This document shows positions 1-13,629 of a stretch of DNA of 64,000 nucleotides, piece after piece. Under the pieces are notes generated by a model that worked only from the letters and a program-made list of their open reading frames with translations, searched no databases and was not told the origin of the DNA. The position numbers and the translations under genes were made by a program. The first letter of the stretch is position 1. Each line of letters starts with the position of its first letter. This DNA is from Octopus sinensis. Lineage: Eukaryota. The stretch covers positions 177,878,001-177,942,000 of the forward strand of contig NC_042997.1 of NCBI RefSeq assembly GCF_006345805.1, written 5' to 3'.

Positions 1-11
1 TTGTCATATGC

Positions 12-388
12 GTGTGTGTATGTGTGGTAAGAAGCTTGCCTTCCAACCATGTGATTCCATTTCAGTCTCAATGCATGGCGCCTTGGGCAAGTGTCTTCTA
101 CTACAGCCTCAGGCTGACCAAAGCCTTGTGAATGGATTTCGTTGACAAACTGAAAGGAGCATGTTGTGTATATATATATGTGTGTGTGTGTTTATGTTTG
201 TATCCCCCACCACTGTGTGACAACCCTTATTGGTGTGTTTACGTCCCTGTTACCGAGCAGTTTGGTTAAAGAGACTGACAGAATAAGTACTAAGCTTTAG
301 AAAATAACCCTAGAGTCAATTTGTTTGACTTCAAGGCTGTGCCCCAGCATGGCCACAGTCAAATAACTGATAAAAGTAAAAGATAAAA
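12..388 (+). mobile_element. SINE family A (tRNA-like head, internal TA/TG microsatellite, TAAAAG tail)
   Basis: Head tgtggtaagaagcttgc...ggcgccttgggcaagtgtcttcta, internal (TA/TG)n, tail aaaagtaaaagataaaa. More than 15 homologous copies in the window. Confidence 0.85.
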
Positions 389-524
389 TATGCATTATTG
401 TTGACATCATAAGAATTTTATAAACTTTTGAGAGAATGTGAAATAATTCTTTTTCAGAACATTGGCTCTTAAGGTGGTTGTCAAGCTTTATATGATGAAC
501 CTAGGGAGCCAGTGTTTCAAAAGA

Positions 525-558
<34 letters not shown>

Positions 559-749
559 ATATATATATATATATAGGGAGAGTTCACTAAAAAAACTCAA
601 GACGAAGACAGGTGGTGTACAAAACAAACAGATGTATTAGTATAACGCTCAGGAATTGAAAAAGTCTTTTACATTTCGAGTCCTTCTACAGAAAGGGACA
701 CAGAAAAAAACAGTGTGTAGTGGCTATCGATCTATCATACACACACACA

Positions 750-1579
750 TACACGAAGGTGCACAGAAATGTTCATAGGCTGACCATGAAAGAGTGATGG
801 TAGAGCTGTGAAATTTTGCAGGCATTCATTTCACCTCTTCTTAATAACTGCATTGTTTCATTCCAGGTAAACTGACATCTGACTGTTCAAAAAAAAAAAA
901 CTTCACAAGTAACTAGTATCGACTTCTCTTAAAAAGTCAACAAAATCAGCAACATGGTGTTATCAAGTACCTGCAGAAAAAGGACTTAGCCCCTAAGGAC
1001 ATTCATGCTGGCATGGTTGTTACATTAGGGAATCATGCTCCTGCTTTATCAACAGTGCATAAGTGGGTATCTGAATTTAGGAGGGGAAAGGAGAGTCTTG
1101 AAGATGACCCTAGGTTTGGATGTCTTGCAATTCCATCACCAAGGAAAACATTGATTGTTTTCACCACTTGGTGATGGATGACAGGCAATTGACTATAAAT
1201 CAAGTAACCAATTCTATTAGCATATCCTCTGAGAGAGTTGAGATTATTCAACACAATGAACTTGGCATGACAAAGTGGTAATACATCTGACACCTGATCA
1301 AGAGAGCACATCATGGGAAGCTGATCACATCATGGGAAAATCTGACATTGTTTCAGGCAGATCCAGCCGGTTTCCTTGAATGTTTCCTAAGCCAGAATGA
1401 GTGTTGGCTTCATCACTTTGAACCAGAGACAAAAAGACAATCCATGCAGTGGAAACGCTCTCCTCACCTGCTCCAAAGAGGGCCAACATCGTTTCATCAG
1501 TAGTTTTTTGGGATGCAAAAGGCATTGTGTTTATTGACTGTCTTCAAAAGGGCCACACCATCGATGGAGAATTCTATGA
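750..1579 (+). mobile_element. Mariner (DD34D-type) transposase fossil, internally deleted and frameshifted
   Basis: Piecewise translation gives VIKYLQKKDLAPKDIH...STVHKWVSEFRRGKESLEDDPR (HTH), CWLHHFEPETKRQSMQW and VFWDAKGIVFIDCLQKGHTIDGEFY, all typical mariner motifs. A TIR-like start (cacgaaggtgcacagaaatgttc) lies near 750. Confidence 0.9.
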
Positions 1580-1586
1580 GAACTGG

Positions 1587-2136
1587 GTGGTGCTTTAGGC
1601 AACTGTCTTCTACTATAGTCTCAGGCTGACCGAAGCTTTGTAAGTGGATTTGGTAGATGGAAACAAAAAAAGCCTGTCACGTATATATATATATATATAT
1701 ATGAATATATATCATCATCATCGTGTAACATCCGCTTTCCATGCTAGCATGGGTTGGATGATTTGACTGAGGTCTGGCGAACCAGATGGCTGCACCAGAC
1801 TCCAATCTGATCTGGCAGAGTTTCTACAGCTGGATGCCCTTCCTAATGCCAACCACTGTGAGAGTGTAGTGGGTGCTTTTACATGCCACTGGCATGAGGG
1901 CACACACACATATATATGTGTGTTTGTGTGTGTGCCTCTGTGTCTGTGTTTATCCCCCACCACTGCTTAACAACTGATGTGGTGTGTTTACATTCCCATA
2001 ACTTAGCAGTTTGGTAAAAGAGGCCGATAGAAACAAAAACTCAAGTACTGGTGTCTCTTCGTTTAACTAAAAATTCTTCAAGGTAGTGCTCCAGCATGGC
2101 CTCTGTCTAATGACTGAAACAAATAAAAGATAAAAA
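1587..2136 (+). mobile_element. SINE family A, interrupted in its microsatellite by a family C insertion (1711-1901)
   Basis: Family A left and right halves flank a minus-strand family C copy. Confidence 0.85.
1711..1901 (-). mobile_element. Family C: 5'-truncated RTE LINE 3' tail ending in (GAT)n
   Basis: Reverse complement of ...ccaacccatgctagcatggaaagcggatgttacacgatgatgat; homologous to the 3' UTR of the RTE copy at 56187-56759. Confidence 0.85.
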
Positions 2137-2280
2137 ATATATAAAAGAACATTTTATTGAGAATGTGTGCGAGATAAACTGCATGGAAGTTTGAGTGCCA
2201 CCTGGTAACTTTGAACCTGAAATATTTTTATTCAAGTTTATCAAAGGCTCTGTTTATCAGTTGAGAAAAAGTATCAGGAA

Positions 2281-2569
2281 TCATCATCATCTTTTAAAAT
2301 CTGCTTTCCATGCTAGCATGGGTTGGACGATTTGACTAAGGACTGGTAAACCAGATGGCTGCACCAGGCTCCAATCTTGATCTGGCAGAGTTTCTACAGC
2401 TGGATGCCCTCCCTAACACCAAACACTCCGAGAGTGTAGTAGGTGCTTTTACGTGCCACCGGCATGAGGGCCAGTCAGGTGGTACTGACAACGGCCACAC
2501 TCAAATGATGTTTTTTACATGCCACCTACACAGGAGCCAGTCCAGCGGCACTGGCAATGACCTTGCTCA
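2281..2569 (-). mobile_element. Family C RTE 3' tail
   Basis: (CAT)n start, catgctagcatgggttgg core, about 2 units of the ~63-bp internal repeat. Confidence 0.85.
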
Positions 2570-2621
2570 GGACATATTAGATGTTGTAACCCTGGATCAA
2601 TTTGATCTTTTCCAGGTTTTT

Positions 2622-2957
2622 TTTTCTCTATTTGTTTCAATCATTGGATTGTGGCAATGCTGGAGAACTTCTTTGAGGGGTTTTAGTAGAACAAATCAAC
2701 TCCAGTACTTATTTTTTAAAGTTTTACCAAACTATTAACTTACAGAGACAAACAAACCAACACTGGTTGCAAAGCAGTGGTATAAGGGACAAACATGGAT
2801 GCAAAGACATACAGTTTCTCTCTTCCAAATTCACTCACAAGGCATTGGTCAGCCCAGGGTTATAACAGAAAACACTTCCACAAGGTGTCACACAGTGGGA
2901 CTGAACCCAAATCTATGCGGTTGTAAAGCAAACTTCTTAACCATACAGCTGTGCCTG
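2622..2957 (-). mobile_element. SINE family A (diverged)
   Basis: Reverse complement of family A tail through head (gtgggactgaaccc...ccatacagctgtgcctg). Confidence 0.8.
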
Positions 2958-3079
2958 CACCTACAGATAGTCAATGTTTGGCGCAAAAAATAAATGGTCT
3001 CCAGCATGGCCACAGCCTTAGGAATAAAGAAAGCAGAATGGTCATAGCTGGAATATTTTTGATCAGTATGTCTACTCCA

Positions 3080-3310
3080 AAGGTGGTGAGCTGGCAGAAA
3101 CGTTAGCATGCCGGGTGAAATGCTTGGTATTTCATCTGCCGCTACGTTCTGAGTTCAAATTCTGTTGAGGTCGACTTTGCCTTTTATTCTTTCAGGGTCA
3201 ATTAAATAAGTACCAGTTACGCACTGGGGTTGATATAATCGACTTAATCCGTTTGTCTGACCTTGTTTGTCCTCTCTGTGTTTAGCCACTTGTGGGTAGT
3301 AAAGAAATAA
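3080..3310 (+). mobile_element. SINE family B (tRNA-like head ggtgagctggcagaa...gagttcaaatt, tail aataaagaaata)
   Basis: A-box and B-box-like motifs, central ggtcgactttgcctt...ggtcaattaaataagtaccag; about 15 copies in the window. Confidence 0.9.
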
Positions 3311-3909
3311 GTATGTCTACTCCATCATTTCAGACCATGGACTACTACTACTACCACCACCACTACTACAACTACTACTACCATTACTACTTGACCCATT
3401 TCTCTGGAATCTTTAACCTCTCTTAAAACTGGAGAAATAAGTGCAGATTGTTATTATACCAAGTGTGTACGGTAATTTGATAGGCTCTCTAATGAAATTG
3501 ACTTGAGTAGCTTGTTTAAAATATAAACTGAATGCTCTGTCTCCCCTCTCAAACACACACACACACAAACACATACATACATATACCTACACACACATAT
3601 ACAAAGTTCTAAGCAATCAGATATAAATTTAATCACTGCTCGCAAAATTATGTTTGCTAACAGGGATGGAGGACAATATAAATTTACATGTAAATGTTAT
3701 ATGAGGTCAGACTTCATGCTTTTTTATGGTGCTGGCATGGTAGTGTCGTAAAGAAACTCATTTTGCAACTATGTGGTTCCAGGTTCAGTCCCACTGTGCG
3801 GCACCTTGGGCAAAATGTTTTCTAATATAACCCCAGGCTAAACAATGCCTTGTGAGGGAATTTCGTTAGACAGTAACTGTCTGGAAATCTGTTGCATATG
3901 TGTACTTGC

Positions 3910-4167
3910 ATTATTTTGCTCGCTTCAGTCATTTGAATGTGGCCACGCTGGAGCACCGCCATATATACTCTCTTTTACTCATTTCAGCCATTTGACTGTG
4001 GCCATGCTGCAGCACAGCCTTCAGTCGAGCAAATCGACCCCAGGACTTATTCTTTGTAAGCCTAGTACTTATTTTATCAGTCTCTCTTGCCGAACCACTA
4101 GGTGATGGGGATGTAAACACCAGCATCAGTTGTCAAGCAATGTTGGGGGACAAACACAGACACACAA

Positions 4168-4202
<35 letters not shown>

Positions 4203-4313
4203 CGACAGGGTTCTTTCAGTTCCCGTCTACCAAATCCACTCACAAGGCTGTAGTAGACACTTGTCCAAGGTGCCACACAGTGGGACTGAACCCAGAACCA
4301 TGTGGTTGATAAG
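3910..4313 (-). mobile_element. SINE family A with a duplicated 3' end
   Basis: Reverse complement of family A; the segment cagtcatttga..gtggcca.gctg appears twice (near 3925 and 3985). Confidence 0.8.
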
Positions 4314-5433
4314 TTTCATGTTGCAAGACAGTGTGTGAGAGAGAATCATAATGCCATAGGAGAGAAATATGTCTGCATGGATGTTGGCTCATTTGCATTT
4401 TAATGAGGCTGCAAAGAGAGAGACTTGGAGACACCACTATGAAAGGTTGCTAAATGAAGAGAATGAATGGGTAAAAGAGAGCCTGCCAAATGTCGACTCA
4501 ACAGAGGGACCAGCTATCCAAGTTGACAGTACCTTGGTTGATAAAACAATTAAGGGTATGAAGACAAGGAAAAGTCCTGGCCCATCAGGAATCACAGCAG
4601 AAATGCTTAAATTATCTGGCGGTGTAGGTTATAGTCTAGTCACCCATATAGTCAACCAGGTGATACATGAAGGAGTCATACCTAATGACTGGTGTAGCAC
4701 CATAGTCAACTGCTACAAAGGTAAAGGTGACGCATTAGATAGGAATAATTACAGAGGTATCAAATTGTTGGATCAGGTGATGAAAGTCATGGAGAGGGTC
4801 ATAGCCCAACTAATTAGGGAGAGAATTAGTTTAGACGAGATGTAGTTTGGGTTTGTGTCAGGGAGAAGCACCACCGATGCTGTATTTCTGGTAAGACAGC
4901 TACAGGAGAAATTCCTAGCCAAAGATAAACCTCTGTATTTGGCTTTCATTGACATAGAGAAAGCCTTAGACAGGGTCCCTCAATCACTTATCTGGTCGTC
5001 AACGTGGAAACAAGGGATAGTTGAGTGGTTAGTGAGAGCTGTATAAGCCATGTACAGGGATGCTGTCAGTAAGATGAGGGTTGGCAACATATATAGTGAA
5101 GAATTCCAGGTAGGTGTAGGGGTCCACTAAGGATCAGTCCTTAGCCCCCTCTTATTCATCATAGTCATCCAGACAATAACAGAGGAATTCAAGACAGGAT
5201 ACCCCTGGGAGTTTCTCTGTGCTGATGACTATGCTCTAATAGCTGAGTCACTACCAGAACTAGAGATGTTTCAGGTGTGGAAGCAAGGTCTACAATCGAA
5301 GGGCCTTAGAGTCAATCTAGCAAAAACCAAAGTCTTAATAAGTCGGAAGGCAGACAAATCACAACTCCTTTCATGTAGATGGCTCTGCTCAATCTGTAGA
5401 AAAGGCATAGGTAGAAACTCCATAAGAAGTACC
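4314..5433 (+). mobile_element. RTE-clade LINE reverse transcriptase fragment (pseudogenised)
   Basis: ORFs 4369-4845, 4855-5046 and 5266-5460 join into KSPGPSGITAEMLK, NYRGIKLL, FGFVSGRSTTDAVF, AFIDIEKALDRVP, GSVLSPLLF, (Y)ADD as LCADD, GLRVNLAKTK and a Cys-rich WLCSICRKG segment. In-frame stops and frameshifts are present. Confidence 0.95.
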
Positions 5434-5436
5434 CTC

Positions 5437-5603
5437 ATTTCTGCCAGTTTGCTACCTTAAATAATCTTTTCTACTCTAGGCACAAAGCCCGAAATTTTGT
5501 GGGAGGGAGCCAGTTGATTAGATTTGAACTCAAAACAAAGACAGACGAAATACCACTAAGCATTTTCCCTGGCATGCTAATGATTCTGCCAGTTCACCAC
5601 CTT
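5437..5603 (-). mobile_element. SINE family B variant fragments
   Basis: Two reverse-complement heads (ttctgccagtt..c.acctt) plus a variant tail cttttctactctaggcac. Confidence 0.7.
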
Positions 5604-5858
5604 ACAGTAAAATTACATTGACTTATGTACTGTTGTTTGTTTCTACCCGATATATTTTTGCCAGTCTCTTCTTATTTGGCTACTTACTACTTGAGTATTA
5701 ATATGGTTATTATTTGGTTTAAATTGTTGCAGTTTGGCAATACAACTTTGGTAATACAAGTAGTGAGAGACTGCAGTACAGATGTCTGATGAAAGTGAGG
5801 ACAGGTTTATCAATTAGATAACCTAATTTTCGATTATGTGAAACTGTGCAGAAATAGA

Positions 5859-6746
5859 TATTGTTAAATTCGGGGATGTTCATATCTTTTGCCAATTAAC
5901 AACACACACTGTATACTTCTTATTCACTTCAGCTTTATTATTATTCTTGTTTTATTGTCCTTTGTCTGAAATCTTTCATCACACGTCCTGTGACCTCTTC
6001 AGCAACTTTCCATCCCACATGTCTCCTCCTGGTCTGTTTAGTCAATTCTGTCTTTCTGTTGTGTATATCCTTATCTGCATATATGTTTGTGTCTGTATCT
6101 GTGTGCTTGCGCATGTGTACACATGTCTATGTGTGTATGTATATGGGCTTGCTTACTACACAGTACTTGTCTTTTATTTAGTTTTTTGTTTATTTATTTA
6201 TTCTCATTCCGTCTTTAGTACGTGTATGTATAACTCCTGTGTGTATATGGGTTTATGTATTATACTGATTGTATATGTCTTCTTTTTTTTCTTTTTTCTT
6301 TGGGAAAAAGAAAAAAAGACGCAGATACAAACAGTATAATACATAAATCCATACACACACACAAGACACACATATACATAGTTAAGACGGAATGAGAAAA
6401 ATAAAAAAAAATAAACGAATAAAAAATTGAATAAAAGACACAGGTACAAACAGTGTAAGCAAACACAAATACAATTACATAAAACACACATACTAAACAC
6501 AGACAAGCGAAAGAACACACACATACACACGTATGCGCAGATAAGAATACACACCACAGAAAAACAGAATGTACTAAACAGAGGTGACATGTGAGAGGGA
6601 CAGTTGTTGAAGAGGTCACAGGACGTGTGACGAAAAATTTCAGACAAAGAACGCTAAAAGAAGAATAATAATAAAGCTGTGAAAAACAAGTATACAGTGA
6701 GTGTTGTTAATTGCCAAAAATATGACCATCTCCAAATATAACAATA
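5859..6746. mobile_element. ~890-bp foldback (palindromic) element with ~440-bp arms
   Basis: The left end tattgttaaattcggggatgttcatatc is the reverse complement of the right end gaccatctccaaatataacaata; symmetry continues to a centre at ~6300. Mirror-image ORFs on both strands confirm it. Confidence 0.9.
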
Positions 6747-9640
6747 ATGACCTTATTATATGTGGTAAGAGACGTTGTTTGTTAGCTCTTATTCAGTCCT
6801 AGGGTATCAGGTTTATGATCAAGTGTATTCCAGCCATGACATCGTATTTGTGTACTTAAGACTACATTCTCCAATGTGTACTTTCTTTTTAAAGACGTAG
6901 AGTGTAATTTAAGGGACATTTGGTTGCGATTTCTAACAAGTCGAGCGACTGCGTCAACGCTTCTTTGTTGGCTCAGAGTAACTATGTGTATAAATATATA
7001 TCGTGTCTACAATATTCCAAGTGTGGTAGGGCATATCTGCAGTTCGTATAATTAGAAGCTATTCAGTGCTGTAAAGGAACCCCAAGCTTTTCTAGTGTAG
7101 AGGAATCGCTAGCATTTGTGTATGTTTTAAATGAATTGTTCATACGTAAAAGTGTACAAATGTGTGGATTTATTTTCTTGAGATTTTCGTGTCATCATGA
7201 CTGTGTTAATAAGACAAGGTCAAGTTTATTAAGATATGACCATCAAAATTATACGTGATTGTGCTCAGAATACAAATGAGCATTGTAGAATTGCGTAATC
7301 TGAATTTTGGAGATAATGTGGTCAGAGGTAACCAACCATATTAGGTCACTACATAGGTTGGTTATTTAGAGAAAAAGAGTTGTGTATTCGGTAGCTAGAC
7401 ATCTTACTGACACAGAGCAAATTTCCATTATCTTTCACTTCAATGGAACATCCTGTCATGAAGTTTCTGAGTTCGGTTGTTGTTTAATCCAAGTCAGCTC
7501 TGATCAAGCAGGACTTTTTTTTTTTTTTTTTACCCCCCCCCTTTTGTCCTCTTTTTTCCTTTTACAATCCCTTTTGATGGAAAACCAAACCGCCTTTTTT
7601 TACCCCCAAAAGAAAAGCTCTACCTTGTAATTTGTCCTGTCTGTATGCAGCCGTGTGGCTAATAAAGAAACATATATTCAAAAGTGTTTCATCCGTGACC
7701 ACATCGTCTATTTTTTTCCTTTTCAAACACAGCGTATGGACGTAAAACGAATAAAATATATTAAGGACTACATCATTTAATGTGTCCTTCCTTCTTTAAA
7801 ACAGTACAGTGATTCAAGGGAGGGCTTGACTGCTGTTTTTAGCATGCCAAGCAACCACGTGAAAGCTCCCATGTAGGTTTGCAGTTAAAATCCTATTGTT
7901 GATTTTACCTTTCATCTCACCAAAAGCAATTGCTTTATAAATTATGAGTCTGACTTAATTGACAAGACCCACCTCTTAGACATTCCTTCTACAAACCCAT
8001 AGACTTAGCCAATAAGTATTTGGCAAGGAACGTGAAATGTTTTGCTGTCTTTGTGCATGATTATTATTATGCTTTCTAGATTATTAGAGATTAGCATTAG
8101 AGAGATGGATTGGCAACCCGTCAGAGCGTTGGACAATAAACTTTTTACCGTCTGAGCTCAAATCCTGCTAAAATCAACCTTACTTTCAACATCCTAGGCT
8201 CGATAAAATATGTATAAGGAGTTGAGTCGATATAATTGACTCCAAAAGTTAGGACTTAGTGTCGCTGTTAGAAATCAGTATTTTTGGTCAGCTTGACCTC
8301 GCAAATAGCAGAATAGTTATATGTTATATGTTCTCCCTATCTCATCCATCATTACACTCTCATTCTGTCTTTCTTTTTTCTCCCATATTCATCGTTATAT
8401 GTATGTACAAATAAGTGGAGATAATTAAATTACAACTTAAATCCACTAATTAAAAAAAAAACTATAATTACAATTGTTGTCTTATCCAATTTTGATACCG
8501 TAAACAATTTTTTAAGAACTAATTCGTTAAGCAACTGTTTTTGTCGGGTTAACGAAGTAGCTTCTAAATTGTCGTTCAACTTGCTAGAAATAACAGCCAA
8601 ATCTCTCTCAAACCATACACTTCTTTCTTAAATAAAGAATAAACAAATTAGATAAGGAATCGGCAGTTTTGACTAGTCAAAGATCTACTCAATCAAAACT
8701 GACCCGATAGGAAACATTCTGTTTTTATTTATAGTTGTTGCCTGCGTAAACTTTCGTACTTTAATCCTCCCATATGGTGTAGTCATCAGCTGTGATTACA
8801 ACACGTTGAAATGTACAGCATCTGGAGAATTTAATGATGCATTCCGAAAATATAATTAATATTCTCAAATGTTTTCGATTACTAAAAATATGCCATGACA
8901 CAATTTTTGTTGTTTTAACATTAGTAAATTTGCCTTTCCCTTTTGTTATATTTCCTAAAAGCTGCTTTTATTTTTAACTCTCAGAAATCTATCAGAATCG
9001 CTCGCCCACTCGAAGAACTTATATTTACATTCGTATGATAGATAGCTAGATAGATAGATAAAATAACTACTGGCATTAGTAATAAATACATACTACAATA
9101 TATCTTGATTTTAAGTAAACTAATGTTCTTAAATTGGACTAAAATGAAACTTACAAAAACTCTTCACTTCTTTTATCGACACGAATTTGTTTATTATAAT
9201 TAAGTAAACAACTCATAGATGTGGGTTTTATTCTTTGGTTTAGTATGAATTTAATGATTATCTATTTTTATTTTCTGTCATCCTAACCTGCCTCAATATC
9301 ATAAATATGAATGCAAAGCTATAAATTTTTCTCTATCGACACGTTACAACCAAAGTTAGCGAAGAAGACTTGTTGGTTGGTCTGCCTCCACCGTGCTTAT
9401 TATTTCCCGCAAAATCTTTATCGGGAATCCGCTTTTTTTTTTTTTATCTAGTTAACTAATTATTTATCTAAAACGAAAAATTACGTTTTCTTTTGTTATC
9501 AATTGAAACTAAATCGGCTAATGAATGACACGGACTCACTGACCTTTGTTCTACGTAGGAAAAGACAAACAACATTCCTGGCTTAAACTGCTTCGAGTTG
9601 GTCTTGTCTCGTTTAAACGCAACCAAACCAACGACTGGAT

Positions 9641-9671
<31 letters not shown>

Positions 9672-10195
9672 CTATAATTATAATAATAATAATGTCTGTT
9701 CTTTTGTAAGAAACAGGGGTCTCTAGAGAACCTCTTCCACGATATTTTCCAATGTAAGTTCATGTCTTTTGATTTTCATATTCATTTGTGAATATTTTAT
9801 TTCAGTGACGTTGCTAATAATGTGCTTTGGCGAAAAGGCATTTAAGACACGAATGTGTTAATATCAGCCCCAAGACACGAATGTGTAATATTAGTCCCAA
9901 GACTTGTAAAATTATTTTATTTCGCTGTAATTGAGTAATCTATGTATGCCCTTAGAGAAAGGCATCACTATCGCGATTTTTCTTCCCTATATGTAGATCT
10001 GTCGAGTCTTTGGCCTTGTTGTTTTGTTTATTAATTTCTGGCTATCTTAATGCTGATGTTTAGCTCTCAGGCCAACCCTGATTGAGCAGACATGCGATCA
10101 AAGGCATTCCAGCCATGACCATCTTGTCTTTTTAATATCATTATTCCAGTGTGTCTTTCTTTATTTGATTTGACAGAGTGATCTGATGTTATATT

Positions 10196-10376
10196 TGTTC
10201 GTCTGCGGTTACGTTCTGAGTTCAAATTCCGCCGAGGTCGACTTTGCCTTTCATCCTTTCGGGGTCGATAAATAAAGTACCAGTTACACACTGGGGTCGA
10301 TGTAATCGACTTAATCCCTTTGTCTGTCCTTGTTTGTCCCCTCTATGTTTAGCCCTTTGTGGGCAGTAAAGAAATA
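10196..10376 (+). mobile_element. SINE family B (5' part missing, CpGs retained)
   Basis: gttctgagttcaaattccgccgaggtcgactttgcc...ggcagtaaagaaata. Confidence 0.9.
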
Positions 10377-13247
10377 TATATTTGGTTACGACCACGGTAA
10401 AGGCTCCTCGTTGGCCGGTCACATCTTTCAAAAAAGCATGAACATCACAGATTGGATTCACCTTCCCCTCTTTAAACCTGAAACAGGTATTGTTTCAGTT
10501 CAAGAAATTATTCATTTCAGCTGTTCCTATTATGAAATATAGCCATTTCAGTTCTCTTAAGTCGCTGACATCCTTGAGAAAGATAAAAAAAAAAAATATC
10601 GCGAAATATTCTGTTTTCTCCTATTTTAATACTCCAATAATTTAGCGAATTAATTTTATCCAATCTATACACTTCAAATATTATTGCTTAGCCACTATAT
10701 ATATATATAAAGTTATGAGAATTTTTTTAACGTTTACTGTGCTGAACTTTGGCGAAAACAAATAACCATATACGGGCCAGTGAGCAAATTTTTATGTCGT
10801 AGGTTGACCTATAAATAGCGACCACGTCTCCCTGAAATCACATAATACCATCTTGAACAGAAAGTTATTTAATAATGCGATCTAAGGTGGCATTTTACCT
10901 GAAAATAAGGTTGCATAGTCATGTTGGAATTTCTTTCGTCATAGATTTTCACAATCAAGGCTGGCTTAGACTACACAACCCGTACAAACAAACGAGGAAT
11001 TTGTTGGATCCAAGTTGTTTCTGCATTCTTGTGTATATTTTCTTTCGTTAGTTTTGGAATAGTTGTCCCTCGAAGTCCCAGACATCATTGGAAAAGAAAA
11101 GGTTACAGAAATGGAGGGTAGTATTAAACAGCGGGGATATCGTAATAAGAAAGAAAAAAAATTGAAGAAATAAAGCTACTTTTTCTTTACCTATGAGGTA
11201 TGGGAATTCGAAGGGCAGCTATTTCAAAACTCTTCCAAAATGTTTAACTTGTTAAACTACGAAGGCCGAGGTCATTTTTATTTTACACTGAGAGATGGCT
11301 ATGCAAATTTGTAGGAGTGAAGTCGCGCTTGAGTTGACCCCGATTACATGTGGCACCAATCTGTACTTTTGCTACATGTCAGCTACTTTTGTTTTTGTAT
11401 GGTACGTAAGACACTCCAACCCTGACGGAATTTGAGTTCAGAACATACAAGGTGGTGATATTAATTTAAACTCCTGCCTGGAAAAGAAAAAATTAGAGTT
11501 CTGCTTTTTTGTTTTACTGACTATATATCAATTCTTACACTCTCATTGCATTTACTCAGAATAATATTTATTCTTTGGCTCTAAGTGAGCGAATGTATGA
11601 TTAAAAACATTCCTTCAAGCCTTGAGACTATCCCACTTTTTTTCTACATCAGGTACAACATAAACCAATCTATCCTTTATATTTAAGACAGTAGAACGTG
11701 AGTTAAGTGATGAAAGTGGGGATTTGGTCGCTATTTCTAGATGATCGAATAACCATGTAGATGCTCTCTCGTTGGCTCAGTATTTGTATTTACAGAACTC
11801 AGTACATATTTGGGAATAAACATCATATAATAGAAATATTTGTTTATATCGTATTTGATGGCATAACATACGCACAAGCATACTAGATGCAACTTAATTT
11901 CATTAATGCATATCTAGAGGTGGGGGGGAACTTTTACGTATCAAAGTATGTAATGTAGTCCCAACTTCGCATATAGGACCCGGGATGAGTTTCTCTTTAT
12001 TTTGGGGACTCTTTTTTTTTTTTTTTTTTTTACAATAAAGTGTTTTGTTTGCCATCTATACGGCATGTTTAACGTTGTAGAGCGGTTGTTGCTACTTAGT
12101 TATACGAACTATTTAATCTTTTGAACTCCCCCACTTTTCAGTTTTCGAAAGTATTGTCCAAAGATCTATACTGAAATTTTGAAAAGGAAGAAGAAAAAAT
12201 ATATCCTAAAACTTTAACTGAAAACATCCGAATGGACAAGGGATCTAAATCTACTGTATTCATAACCTTGTTGGTTACAGAAATATATATTTCGTTACAG
12301 ATTTATTATTCTTGCAGTTGAAATGCAACGGTTAGAAGTGAAATGTCCAATTTAATACTAATTACATTTAAAGAACTGCATGAACGATCGTCTTAATATT
12401 TTCTCTGGTCTTGAATCCATTTTCCACAAAGAGAAGTAACTCCTACTGGATACTTTGTCGAAATCAACAGGTGTCTGGAAACCTGAAAACATTTTTCTTC
12501 AACGTTGACCTCATAATATCAGTATAAAAATATATAGCGGGGACAGAAGTATAGTCGATTACATCGACATCAGTACTGGACTAATGTTTTATTTTATCGA
12601 TCCTACCTCACCGGTATAGGATGGAAAAGCTATATTGACCTCAGCAGGACTGAACTCAGGACGTAAAGAATTGCCGAACAGTACTGACACACATCGATTA
12701 CGTGTCATTCGTGATTGTTATTATCTTGTTCCCTTATTAATTTTGATCGGTAGATATGATGAAAGGCATTCTAAAACTTCTATTTAAGGGCTACCGAGAA
12801 CTTACATTCTCTAATGTTTCCTTTCCTTTTTAGCTGGCATGATGTAGTTTGACGGAGATTTGGCCCCTATTTTTAGTAGGTCCAGCATGCATATATAGCA
12901 GGGATTGGGAACCTTAAAATGCTGTCCCCATTTAAATAAGATATCACAATACCGCCAGCTCACGAAGTACCCTAAAAACCCATTTAAAAAAATACAAATA
13001 TTTCAAAAACATTTGCTTTCAACACGCCATAAAAAGTATTCTGGGTTAATCAATGGCATAAATTAACCAGGTTTTTAATAATGTTATTTCTTAAGGTAGC
13101 ATGCACACCTTGTATTTCTCAGCACAGATGTACCAGCCACAGGTTCTTACATTTGTTATTCTCCCTCACCCTCTGGCGTAGAGTGACTTTTAGTAGCTCA
13201 GTGTTGGTGACCCATGCATTTGACAACTTTTAAGTACTTTTCTCTTA

Positions 13248-13629
13248 TCTCTATATACATAAACGGCAAAATGTCTGTGTGTATGTGTGTGTGTGTGTGT
13301 GTATCCTTTATACAAATCCACAATTTTTCAGTTAGAGGGCTCGCACTTTCTATGGTCATTCAAAACCGTCCAAAGGTGGTCGTGCACATCTTTACATTTC
13401 CCCAGTCACCCCGCAAAGCCATTAAAAAATCAATAGAAGTGACTTTTTTGTGAATTTTCTATCCAAAATCCAATCAAAATGCCTGAAACTTGATACGCCA
13501 ATTGAATGCCAGCTAGCTGTATGTGATTGGTCGGAGATTTGGACAGTACTCGCGTGTATGTGTGCACGCACGCAGCTGTATATGCATGCACAAGCGCTAT
13601 GACCTGGCGTTGCCGGGTCATAGTGCTAG
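13248..13629 (+). mobile_element. Non-autonomous Helitron
   Basis: 5' TC after A (13247), 15-bp GC-rich hairpin 13594-13626 (gcgctatgacctggc-gtt-gccgggtcatagtgc), 3' CTAG followed by T, no TSD. Confidence 0.85.

Noticed and set aside
575-740. Minus-strand segment like a Penelope-type tail next to (TA)n, with ctgtaga...ctcgaaatgta
   Set aside because: The core is not CTGANGA and stem II is deleted; too decayed to call.
5785-5856. CTGATGA...GAAAC with a hairpin between
   Set aside because: No U-H cleavage triplet closing stem III and no stem I.
5947-6647. Four ORFs of 63-147 aa on both strands
   Set aside because: Products of the TG/CA-rich foldback arms (CVCV and YVY runs); the mirror-image ORFs reflect the palindrome, not genes.
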